A stretch of 50,264 nt of DNA from Octopus bimaculoides (lineage: Eukaryota), in assembly GCF_001194135.2 (NCBI RefSeq), contig NC_068984.1:10699443-10749706 (forward strand), given 5' to 3'. Under the pieces are notes generated by a model. That model saw nothing but the letters and a program-made list of their open reading frames with translations. It searched no databases and was not told where the DNA came from. The first letter of the stretch is position 1, and every line of letters starts with the position of its first letter. The translations under genes were made by a program, and so were the position numbers. This document shows, in pieces, positions 37,611 to 49,366 of the stretch.

Positions 37611-37752
37611 ATAATCTTTGAGAATAAATTCAGTCACATTGTGTTGTAGCAAGAATCTGATTCCTTCAGCAGTTATAGCTTTTCTTTTTGTTTTTCCTGT
37701 TGATGGTGGAACACAGAGGAGATTAACTGATGCCATAATCACAGATTTTATT
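37611..37752 (-). CDS. Candidate 142-nt exon (IKSVIMASVNLLCVPPSTGKTKRKAITAEGIRFLLQHNVTEFILKDY)
   Basis: TTTTTGCAG acceptor, TAT|GTGAGT consensus donor, 47 open codons; PPSTGKT resembles a degenerate Walker A. Confidence 0.4.
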
Positions 37753-37859
37753 CTGCAAAAATCATTTTTACCAGTCATTTCGTCATTGCCAAAACTTTTC
37801 ATATTTCTTTCTTTGATGCCTCACATAGTCTTAGCTTAATGTCTCACATTGTCATGCCT

Positions 37860-38268
37860 TACAGTTCTATATTTAAGAGATGAGGAATTATGTACATTAT
37901 TTACATTTGTCTGATATTTGTCCTCATCTTGTTTGTTGTTAACACAACGTTTCGGCTGATATATCCTTCAGTCTTCGTCAGGTGTCTTGGAGAAATTTCG
38001 AACCTGGGTTCTCATTCTTAAGGTATTTTCAATGTTATTATCATTATCATTATTCAGGTCACTTCCTGAATAATAATAACAATAATAATAATAATAATAA
38101 TAATGATGATGATAATAATAATGATGATAATAACATCGAAAGATACCTTAGGAATGAGAACACTGGTTTGAAATTTCCCCAAGACACCTGATAGAGGCTG
38201 GAGGATATATCAACTGAAACGTGTTAACAACAAACAAGATGAGGACAAATATCCATCAAATGTAAATA
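37860..38268. mobile_element. Family F head-to-head palindromic insertion, two headless arms
   Basis: 12-bp TSD ATTGTCATGCCT at 37848-37859 and 38269-38280; hammerhead on the minus arm 37941-37986, decayed one on the plus arm ~38183-38226. Confidence 0.9.
37941..37986 (-). ncRNA. Minimal hammerhead motif (family F), one mismatch in helix II
   Basis: GACAC-CUGACGA-A-GACUG..CAGCC-GAAA-CG-UU-GUGUU. Confidence 0.65.
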
Positions 38269-38543
38269 ATTGTCATGCCTCAGTTTGTCTTAATCTTGTC
38301 TTGTGTGTAGCATGGTCTTGTCTTAATGCTACATTTAGTTTTATCTCACTGCATAAGATAAATGTGTCACAATGCCTATCATATTCTTGTCATAATGCAT
38401 CCTCGTATCTTAATACCTTTAATAGCCTTGTAATACCACCTAGTGTAAGGTCTTGTCATAATACCTATTATCATACTATTATCATAATGCCTTGCATAGT
38501 CTTGTCATAATACCTGTATGATGTTGACAACCAGTTTACCTAC

Positions 38544-39130
38544 AATATCGAAATCGAACCAAATTCGACAACTGGCACCCATGCCAACCTTTGGACACTA
38601 AACTCTGCTTGCGAAGACCTGTTGAGGCAAGTGAAATCGAAATCGTAATTGAATCATATTCAATGACCGGCACCTCTGCCAGTGGAGCACTAACAGCACT
38701 GTCTGAGCATGCCCATTGCCAGAGCAGCTGTCTGGCTTCCGTGCCAGTGGCACATAAATAGCGCCATTTGAGCGTGATCGTTGCCAGCGTCGCCTTACTG
38801 GCACTTGTGCCGGTGGCATATTAAAAAACATTTGAGCGGGGTCGTTGCCAGTGCTGCTGGACTGGCTCCTGTGCAGGTGGCATGTAAAAAACACCATTTT
38901 GAGCGTAGCCGTTGCCAGTACCGCCTGACTGGCCTTCGTGCCGGTAACATGTAAAGGCACCCACTACACTCTTGGAGTGGTTGGCGTTAGGAAGGGCATT
39001 CAGCTGTAGAAACTCTGCCAGATCAGATTGGAGCCTAGTGTTGCCATCTGGCTCACCAGTCCTCAGTCAAACCGTCCAACCCATGCCAGCATGGAAAGCG
39101 GATGTTAAACGATGATGATGATGATGATGA
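38544..39130 (+). mobile_element. Family C, apparently full length
   Basis: Matches 33879-34441 inverted; (GAT)n tail. Confidence 0.9.
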
Positions 39131-39909
39131 TACACCTTCTTAAGGATCCCCACCCAATAAAAGAAGAGTCAGTGGACAACAAAACAAAAGGTGGTACCTC
39201 AACACCAACAAATAGATTGGAAGGAAAACCTGTTTGGCCGAGGATTGGAAGGGATGGATGGATGGATGGATGGGAAGGCTGCATCTCAGGCCATACTACA
39301 AATGTTGATTGATTGTAGTATGTTTCTACTTTAGAGCTTTTCCGGGACAGCTTTGTGGTAGATAAAAACACCTGCTCTTATTGTTATCACTACAATTTAG
39401 ATTATAATTACAGTTTAGATTCTACTTGTATTCTTTTAGTTGTTCTTTAACAAACTTGCTAACATCGTTGACTTACAACAGTCTCAATTAATCTAGCTGG
39501 CTGATTACCAAGTCATTACCAAAGAATCAGCCAAAATAAAATGGAAGCAGGAAAGCATGAAATGTTTGAAAGTTATTTACATATTGAATATATTGATCAT
39601 GTAATATTGGTATGATTCACCAAATCATTAATACGAAATAATCAATAGATCAGTGTTAAAATATGTGTTATTTACTATGCAGCCATATCAAAGCTCTATA
39701 TTCGACAAATAGCTTGCTGTAGTCTTTCTTGAGAGAGAGAGAGAGAGAGAGTGTGTGTGTGTGTGTGTGTGTGTGTACAAGCATGGTGTGTGTCCCCAAT
39801 ATATTTATTGGAAATTCACCAATAAATAATATAACCTTTTCTGCACATTTTGTGCAGACTTCTTGGTCTGGTATAAACGAAATTATTTCTACATCTACAC
39901 ATACATGTT

Positions 39910-39945
<36 letters not shown>

Positions 39946-40233
39946 TACCATCATCATCATCATCAACATATGTACTTTCCCATGCTTGCATGAGTCAGAT
40001 GAATTTGTTGAGGCAGATTTTCTATGGGCAGATGCTTTTCCTGTTGCCAACTCTCATCCGATTTCAAGCAAGATAATACTTTCCCATTGAGAGACATGTT
40101 TTTCACTAGAAACTGGCAACAGACAACCTCAGATGTATGACAGTGATGCTCATTTACAACCATCATGTGATGTCTAGACTAAGGTACACACGTACATACA
40201 CCCATATATAATTTTACATAAATATATATATAG

Positions 40234-40337
<104 letters not shown>

Positions 40338-40344
40338 AAATATA

Positions 40345-40540
40345 GGGAGATGTACTTGCATAGCAAATGACCTGATCTGAGATCGTGTGCTGGAATGGAA
40401 ACAATTGCAGCGTGTAAAGTGTTTATAAGCCATTTAAGAAACACACAAAAACTGTTAGATTCACTTCAACATTTAAATTTAATTTGCCAAAATATTTTCA
40501 TCGCTTTGTGACTGCGACCTGTTCACTGACAAAATTCCAA
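40345..40540 (-). mobile_element. Family H Penelope-like terminal segment abutting (TA)n(TG)n
   Basis: Minus strand ends ACATCTCCCTATAT; homologous to 139-338. Confidence 0.7.
40483..40533 (-). ncRNA. Hammerhead-like motif with compensatory G3/C8 core
   Basis: UUUGUCA-GUGAACA-G-GUCGC(9 nt)GCGAU-GAAA-AUAU-UU-UGGCAAA: 7-bp helix I, 5-bp helix II, palindrome AAUAUU. Confidence 0.6.
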
Positions 40541-40574
40541 TTGAGAGACCAGCTACCTGAATAGCAGTTCCTTT

Positions 40575-40660
40575 GTAGATAAAGCAGTTAAGTTTATGAA
40601 GACGGGGAAAGCCCTCAGCCCATCAGGAATCACTGCTGAAATGTTTAAAATATCTGGCAC
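40575..40660 (+). mobile_element. RTE LINE ORF2 fragment
   Basis: VDKAVKFMKTGKALSPSGITAEMFKISG resembles the pre-RT motif AIK.MK.GKA.GPSGI.AEMLK. Confidence 0.7.
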
Positions 40661-40846
40661 TGATATCTGCACTGACAATTTCCTCCACAAAATCGAGATA
40701 TCTGTGGTCCATCTGAGAAGTGGGCCATGGAGTAGCAGTAGCCACTGCAGTGAGAGTTCTGCTGGCAATTTTCTGCAGCAGTGCCGTTGTAGTCATGTCT
40801 GCAGAGCACAGTTAAACATGCTGTTCTGGGTTGGACAGCCTGTTAC

Positions 40847-40967
40847 TCCCTCATCCACTGCCCATCTTCTGCTGCTTTATCCTCCACCACTGCACTTCTT
40901 TTCCTCCTTTTCTTTGTTTCCTTGTAATTAAATTGTGATTCAATCTTTATGTAAATAAAACTAAAAT
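40847..40967 (-). CDS. Candidate 121-nt exon (FSFIYIKIESQFNYKETKKRRKRSAVVEDKAAEDGQWMR)
   Basis: Strong CTTTTTCTTTTATCAG acceptor, GA|GTAACA donor, phase-compatible with 37611-37752; may be a TE remnant. Confidence 0.2.
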
Positions 40968-41024
40968 CTGATAAAAGAAAAAGATAGCCATTGTTAGATT
41001 CAATGAACAAGCATAAACAAGCAA

Positions 41025-41074
<50 letters not shown>

Positions 41075-41499
41075 ATATTATTGCATTTTGGTTGAATAGT
41101 AATTAGGAATTATTAAATGCTTACACTGGCACCAATGTTCAATATTTGATAATTATGATGATCACTGTTCCGAAATATATTTCTCTTCAATTCATGTTTT
41201 CAGATCTCTTGCCATACATATTTTAGAAAGTATTCATCCGTTTATCATCAACTTCATTGTTTTAACAGAGAATTTTCTATTTGGTGCAAATGTGATTTTC
41301 AAACAGCAATAATTTATTGACAGAATTTGTAGAGCATTAAACAGTATGTTTCGTGCTGTTTTGCTGCATTCCTTTATATTCTGAGCTTGAAACCCATCAA
41401 GTTCAACTTTCCCCATTCATCTTGCTTCTGTGGGTTGGATATATCTGCTGAGCAGCTCATTACCAAACGTCTCAGTTTACTCTTATCTTATCTTATAAA

Positions 41500-41872
41500 C
41501 ATTATTTACATTATTTACATTTGACGGATATTTGTCCTCATCTTGTTTGTTGTTAACACGTTTCGGCTGATATACCCTCCAGCCTTCGTCAGGTGTCTTG
41601 GGGAAATTTCGAACCTGGGTTCTCATTCCTAACGATGTTACTATTATTATATTATTATTATTATTATTATTATTACTATTATTAATCAGGTCGCTGCCGT
41701 GAATCGAACTCGGAACCTTGGGGTTAGTAGCCCGCGCTCTTAACCACTACGCCATATGCCCGTGGGTATATCAGCCGAAACGTTGTGTTAACAACAAACA
41801 AGATGAGGACAAATATCCGTCAAATGTAAATAATGTAAATAATTCCTCATCTCTTAAATATAGAACTGTATA
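41500..41872 (-). mobile_element. Family F full element (-) with inverted tail copy (41764-41872, +)
   Basis: 10-bp TSD ATCTTATAAA at 41490-41499 and 41873-41882; best tRNA-like head: A box 41744-41754, B box 41701-41711. Confidence 0.9.
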
Positions 41873-42272
41873 ATCTTATAAAGTGCAGCATCTGAATGAT
41901 AATATGGCCGCTTGTCTATATATCTTAGTCTTCCACAATGTTGTTGAGACAGCACTCTGTGGTTAGTCTTCTCTAACGAACTTTATCTGTTCTTGAGTGG
42001 TACATTTAATCTGTTGCACTAAAGGGCCCCCACATAGCACTTCAGTGCCTTTAGTGAAATTCACTCTATGGTAGACATTCAGCAGAGGCCTCCAGTCTAA
42101 GGACAGAGGACATATTAACTTCCTACTGCACCAATCTGTGTCATGCTTTCTTCCTCCCTCACTCTAACCAGTCTGTTGAGACCTATAAAAGTTTATGGTT
42201 GATATCATCTCAACCCTAGACTGACCTAAGGCTTGTGGATTTGGTACATGGAAACTGAAAGCAGCCTATTGC

Positions 42273-42311
<39 letters not shown>

Positions 42312-42538
42312 TTCACAGAATAATGAAAGTGAACTTTACCACTTGTATTATGCTGGCACTCATTTACAGCTATCACATGATATCAAGACATGTCCAGCCA
42401 AGGATCAGAAACTGTTACTTTGCTTGGAAGCAGTTGAGGGTTGAGGGTCAGTAGTAGGAAGGACATTTGGCTGTAGAAGATCTGCCTCAATGAATTCTTT
42501 CTGATCCATGCAAACCTGGAAAAGTGGATAATAAAATG

Positions 42539-42931
42539 AGGCATGGCTGTGTGTTAAGTAGCTTGTGCACCAGCCACATGATTCTGGGTTCAGTCCTACT
42601 GCGCGGCACCTTGGGCAATTGTCTTCCACTATAGCCTCAGCTGACCAAAGCCTTGTGAGTGGATTTGGTAGACGGAAACTGAAAGAAGCCCGTCGTGTAT
42701 ATGTATATATATATGTGTGTTTGTGTGTCTGTGTTTGTCCCCCCAACATCGCTTGACAACCGATGCTGATGTGTTTACATCCCCGTCACTTAGCAGTTTG
42801 GCAAGAGACACCGACAGAATAAGTACTAGGCTTACAAAGAATAAGTCCTGAGGTCAATTTGCTCGACTAAAGTCGGTGCTCCAGCATGGCCGCAGTCAAA
42901 TGACTGAAACAAACAAAAGAATAAAAGAATA
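42539..42931 (+). mobile_element. SINE A, best-preserved full-length copy (~390 bp)
   Basis: tRNA-like head, CACCTTGGGCAA.T CORE-like segment, internal (TG) tract, AAAAGAAT tail repeats. Confidence 0.9.
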
Positions 42932-43798
42932 TATGAGGGACCTTCCTGTAAATGTATGAGTGTCCAGTGCAAGCAACTGGATGACTTCTCATTGAGTTAG
43001 CAAAGTGAGTATTCCACAGATACATGTCCCCTTAATGTAATTCTTAAGAGTCAGTGTGACAAAGTTGGACCTTTTGAATTACAGGTTTAGTCCATCTGAT
43101 GGGCTTCATTACTGTTTCTGTCCTCCCAAATTCACTGACAAGGTTTGGGTCAATGTGAGCCTGTGGTAAAAGTACTTGTCCAAGCTTCCACACAGGACAA
43201 CGTAATTGCAAAGTGCCTGCATTCAGTATTCTTATATACATATATATATATTCTTTTATTTGTTTTAGAATACTAAAAATGAATGACACCACTTGTATAA
43301 CAGTGGCATGCCTTTACAACTACCATGAGATGTCAATGCAAGGAGATATAAGCATACACACATTCACACACACAATGGGCTTCTTTCAATTTCCATCAAC
43401 CAAAGCTTTGTTCAGTGCAGAGCTATTGTAGAAGACACCTACCCAAAGCACCATCTGAAACCGTGTTACTGGGAAGCAAACTTCTTAACCACATAGCTAT
43501 GCCTATGTACACACGCACACACACACACATGCGCGCTATTAGGTCTGTACCAAATCTAAAAGTACAGTTCATGTCAGTGAACTGTTGGATATTAATCCAA
43601 GCTGATATCATTTATCTTCAATGAATACAAGAAGAAGATTAAAAAAAATGAAACCAATTTTAGTGGTTTTGTTATTAAAATGAAAATACATATGTTTGTT
43701 TACATATTTAAACATAAGGATATATATATATGTGTGTGTGTGTGTGTGTTTGTGTATATATGCCAGCATGGAAAGCAGACATTAAACAATGAGATATA

Positions 43799-43829
<31 letters not shown>

Positions 43830-44074
43830 TTATCTATCTATCTGGCTTACTGTCTATCTTTTCTTAATGCTACAAAATCTCTGACAGACCGCCAAAGGTA
43901 TTGAGAGGGTGGAGGTGATGTCTATCTAAAAGGAATTATCTGCAGAATAGCCAGGTGGCTTCCCACTTGTTTTATGATGTAAGATATCCTGGGGTTAGTT
44001 TTAGAAAAATTCTAAGAGTCAGTGAAAGATTTCCAGTACTCTAATACCAACAAAGATTCTCTGTCTCTCTCTTT

Positions 44075-44116
<42 letters not shown>

Positions 44117-45434
44117 ATGGCTGTAATAAAAAAACTGAAACTCCATCAGTTACAATGACAAAAGTTCCAGCTAATCCAATCAATGGAAGAGCCTGCTTGT
44201 GCAATTAACATGCAAGTGGCTGAGCACTCTACAGACTTATGTACCCTTAATGAAGTTCTCAGGGAGTTTCAGTTTGACACAGGATGTGACATGGCTGGCC
44301 CTTTAAGATACAGGCACTACTTCGTTTTGGAGCAACAAGAAATAAAGTGTCTTGCTCAAGAACACAATGCACCATCAGATATTGAACTCCTGGCCTTATG
44401 ATCATGAGCTGGATACTCTAACCACTTGGCCATACACATTCACTTATGGCTGCAATGTGTCTGGTGAATGTTGAATATCAGTCAGTCTTGTAGAAGTATG
44501 AACTGAGTATGTTCTGTTAGATTTTTAATGTTAATTTAACTGAAAGACTTAACACAAGTGGGTTGAAAAATGGCTACACATCAGAGACATTGCTCGATGT
44601 GTGCTTGACTCTTAAATTCCCATTGTGCTTGACTCTTGGTAGATGATAAAAGAAAAAATTCTTTTTGGTTGATGGGGAAATATTTTCTGATCAATGCAAG
44701 AACATTTCTAGCTATGTTGGGTAGACTGAGTTAAAATTTTATGATTGTATTTTTTTTTTTTTTTAATAATTGTAAGAAAACAAAATTTATAATACATCTA
44801 TAAACTGTATTTTGTTGAAACTTCATCTTAGGTTAATCGATCAAAAATATACCTTCTGAAAAATTTTATCATTCTCCTGCTACTTTTTAGATATTTAATA
44901 ACTCAAACTTTATGTATGTGAAATGCAAACATTAAGATAAATACCTGCTAAATAATGTTTTTGGACTAAAATTGGGATTTTCTATTTGTGTTTGGAGGTG
45001 GCTGCCCATAAACTACTCTTCATATATATTGTTTAATTATAGTTGTAGATATCTTTTTACTTTCACTAACCTGCTGCAGATGATGACTGGCCTGACCAGT
45101 GACATTAAACCAGACATGTGTACGATTTTGACTTTTGTGACCATCATTGACACAAATGCCATAACAGTTACTTTGATAAACATTTACTGTACAGTTAACT
45201 CAATGTGGTGATGAAGGGAAGCTCTTAGCTATGAATTTCATTTTTTTTTTGTATATTACCAAATTATGATGGGTTGGGGATGAATTTTAGCCCTTTTGTG
45301 GGGAGGAGATCTTACTTTAAAGGTTTTCTTTTTCTTTTTCTTGTTTTGGCCTCACAGTTTTCATCTATTCATAACTTTCAAGAATTTTAACTGTGCAAAT
45401 TATCAAAGCGTTACAGATCTTTGATATTTTATTA

Positions 45435-45559
45435 TTCATCATCATCATCATCATCGTTTAACGTCCGCTTTCCATGCTAGCATGGGTTGGACGATTTGAC
45501 TGAGGACTGGTGAAACCGGATGGCAACACCAGGCTCCAGTCTGATTTGGCAGAGTTTCT
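45435..45559 (-). mobile_element. Family C 3' fragment
   Basis: (ATC)n tail and CCATGCTAGCATGG hairpin. Confidence 0.85.
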
Positions 45560-45779
45560 ATTATTATTATTATTTATTTATTTATTTATTATCTTGTTTT
45601 ATCTGCTGTGCTGTTTCAGAAGCAAACAGCATCACACCAAATAACTTGAGCAAAATCTATTAATTCAAAATTGTTAGCCTCAAAACCTTTTTTTTCCTTT
45701 CTTTCTTTCTTTTATGCAATTTATACGACTTCATTTTAATTTATTGATAATAGGATTTACAGTTGACTCAGACATGCAC

Positions 45780-45856
<77 letters not shown>

Positions 45857-46245
45857 GTATCATCATTTAATGTCCATGTTCCATGTTGGAGTGTGTACTT
45901 ATTTATGTGTATCTGCTGAATTGTATTGAAGTGTTACATTAAGAGTGTTACAAGCAGCTTTCTTCCTCTGAAGAGTTTAATATCACAATTTCTTTTCCAT
46001 CCTGGCTTGGGCGTGAAGTATCTATCTCAGAACAAACTTTTGAACTATCCCAAATTACAAAGTATTGAGAGAGAAAATCAAACACAAAACACAACTAAGA
46101 CAACAGAAATCATCTGATTGCAACAGTAATTTTTACAGTTGAGCGTATTTTTCTAGCGACTACCAGTGTGTGGTTCTGACATTTTCATTTATTTTATCTT
46201 ATACAAATATTCTTAAAACAACAGGTTCTCTGATCATCTTTAAAC

Positions 46246-46305
<60 letters not shown>

Positions 46306-47189
46306 GCATGCATGTAAACATTCTCTTTTGGCTATGGACATATGTACATAAGCACCTTCCTACGCCTTCAGATATATTCACGTGTATGAAGAAAGATTTG
46401 AATATAGCTTTATGGAAAAGATGCAGAACTTTTCATGTCATGTTTTGAATTTATATTCTTCTCTAGATATTACGTTTCATGTTATGCCTGTGTAAGGCTC
46501 TGGAATAAATTAAATCTTGCAATCAGTCACATTCTAGTTCTTGTTGTTGTTGAGGCTGGGCCCAAGTCAACCCTGATTGAGCAAACATATAATCAAAGCT
46601 ATTCCAACTGTGACCATCCAGTCTTTATAAGTTACATAGAAGTACCTTATGTTGTGTTTAAGATAGAAGTGCATGATTTTAAAAAACATTTGGCTGCTAT
46701 TTCTAGAAGGCCACATGACCATATTAGGGTTCTTTTGTTGGTTCACTCGTTACTATACTTAAATATATGACTGTACTCTTTTCCTTTGAAACCAAGATGT
46801 ATAACCTGTTATCAGAAGATTAATCTTTAGTCTTTAATCCATCTCTTGTTGCTCTGTAAGTTGGGTCATTCATTCTCACTACATCTACCTCTAAACTGTC
46901 TCGTGCCATGCTAAGTATTTTTGTTCCATTCCATTCATGCTTACAAACTATTTTCATCTTTTTCAGTAAAAGCAACATTATCAGCAAGATCCATTTCATA
47001 CAACATCTTGTCATTGTCCCATATAAGCCTGTGTTTTGGTGCCTTCCTCAGTCAACCTGCATCAGTCCAAAATCTGAAACACTATTAAAGAAGAATGGAA
47101 ACAAAACACAACCCTGTTTAGCCCAAGTCTCAACAGCAAAATGTTTATTGCCTAATTAACACATACATAACACTTGGAAATTTACATAT

Positions 47190-47362
47190 TGTTTTGTTCA
47201 TCATCATCATTATCGTCGTTTAACATCCACTTTCCATGCTGGCATGTGTTGGACAGTTTGACTGAGGGCTGGCAAGCCAGAAGGCTGCACCAGGCTCCAG
47301 TCTGATCTGGCAAAGTTTCTACAACTGGATGTCCTTACTAATGCTAACCACTCCAAGAGTGT
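47190..47362 (-). mobile_element. Family C 3' fragment nested in the RTE remnant
   Basis: (ATC)n tail and family C motifs. Confidence 0.85.
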
Positions 47363-49142
47363 TATGTTATGTTTGTTTATTAAATATTTAGGTATTTCAT
47401 GACTTCTGAGGACTTTCCAAAAAATGTTTCTGTTTGAGGTTAAAAACCTTCAGGAAACTGACAAAGTTAATATCTGCCATTGACTTGTATTCACAAGAAT
47501 TTTCATTTATGCATTGTAATTCAAAAATTGCAACAGTCCCTGATCTCATTCCCCAAAATCCAGATTGTTGGTCCCTTGGAATTGTTTCCTGATTCTGTAT
47601 AACACAACCACTAACCAGTTTACTGGTCACCAGAGAGAAAGAGAAAGATTACCCTCCATCTTGACAGTCCTTGAAATTGCCTTTGGCAGTTTCACAATGA
47701 CTGCTCTTTTTCATTCTTTTGCTGTTTCTTCATCTCACCAGATCATATTGCTTTGATTAGTACCCCTGGCTTCTCTATTTTAGCAAGTTCGCCTAAGATT
47801 CTGTCTGCGTCTGTAGCTTTGTAGTTTTCCAATGATTTCAAAACTTTCTAAACCTCTCCTAATGTAATTTCATTATCATCTATCTTATGGTTATTTAAAT
47901 AGTCAACCTTGTATTAAACACTGCCTTCATGTTTAGGCTAATACCTCCTCTGTGAGTCTTAATTTGCTTGATTGCATTCAGAATCGAGTTGATGGGTCCT
48001 CTCCTTTTCCTACTAGTTTGGAATCTTTAACTCATTTACAGATTGTATCTTCATTGTGTCTTTTCTATAAGTGTCTTTTCCATGGTCATTGTTCTGACTA
48101 ACTTTCTGCTCTAGCACTCTGCCAAGACCTTTACATGTGTCACCTTCTTCTCTTCTAAGGCACATCATTTCTCTGTTGAGCTTCCTGTTAGTCATGAGTC
48201 CTTTTATTCTAATAGCTTCTTTCCTCAAAATGCTGTTCTCTGCAACTCACTACCATCCTCCTGTTTCCCTCTGTAAGTTTTTTGTCAATCAATATCTTTT
48301 AAATTTATAGGCCCCCTTCTTTTCACTCTTTGTAATCCCTTACACTACATTGACCTCAAGTTTTGTTTGGGACAAAAATGTTTGAAAACATTGTTTAGGT
48401 TAATTTTAGCACTTCTTTGATGTGTAATTCTAGTCTTTCATTTTTCATTCTTTTTCTGTCTTCAAACACCTTGTTTAAGAATAAACGTGTTTGTGTGTGT
48501 GTGTACGTAACCTTATCCTGATGACATGTGATGGCTATAAACAAGTGATGTTGTTACATTTTGTCTTTTTGACTTCCATGGAAAAACATGTCTGCCTATG
48601 GGAAATATTACCTTGCTTGTAAACATTTGAGAGTTGGTGACAGGAAGAGCATCTCACTGTAGAAAATCTACCTTGGCAAATTCTATCTGATTCATGCAAG
48701 CATGGAAAAGTGAACTTTAAATGATGATGATGATGATGATTCATATGATCGTCATCATCATCATTTTCCTCTTCTGTTTTCAGGTGTTTCGATTGTTTTT
48801 GAATTTATTCCAGTATTGATCTATATCTGTTTCTGCATTTAATGTGGCATATTGGTTCTTGAGGTTGAACTGATAGAGTTCTCTGATGTCATGTTCATTA
48901 ACTTTGCCAATATCAAAATGCCTTGATTTAAAAAAAAAATTTTTCTTAGATTTTTGAAATAATTTTTTTCATTAGTTCTATCTTCATATCTGCCTTATAA
49001 TGATCTGAACCATTGTCTGCTCCACTGAATACATGGAAGTCTTGAGAAGGTTTTTTTTCCATCTCCTAGCATTTAGGATGCTGGACGAATGATCATAAGG
49101 TCATGAGGTTCAATTCCTGGTGTAGGCAGAGCATTGTGTTCT

Positions 49143-49366
49143 TTAACTCTTTAGCATTCAGATTGGCAAATCTAATGCTTATTTATTCACATTGTTTTGA
49201 ATTAATCATGCATTATCTCATAGTTTCAAGATATCAATAATATGATGGATTATTTTAAGAATGACATTATAGGGTAGATGTGAGAGGCTGGATCTGGCTG
49301 GTTTGAACGTAAAACAGGAAAAATATTTGGGCCAGTTATGGCCAGTTTAAATGCTAAAAGTGTTAA
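49143..49366. mobile_element. piggyBac-like MITE inserted in a SINE E head remnant (49065-49142)
   Basis: TTAACTCTTTAGCATT ... AATGCTAAAAGTGTTAA. Confidence 0.85.

Noticed and set aside
38281-38515. Recurring TCTTGTCATAAT motif
   Set aside because: Degenerate minisatellite with irregular spacing and no further structure
41686-41766. tRNA gene
   Set aside because: A/B boxes present but arms imperfect, no acceptor stem or T-run terminator; it is a SINE head (same for families A, B, E)
45070-45200. DGHKS...SHHLQ resembling a pogo/Tigger DDE transposase
   Set aside because: Motif spacing about half of expected and no TIRs; too weak to call
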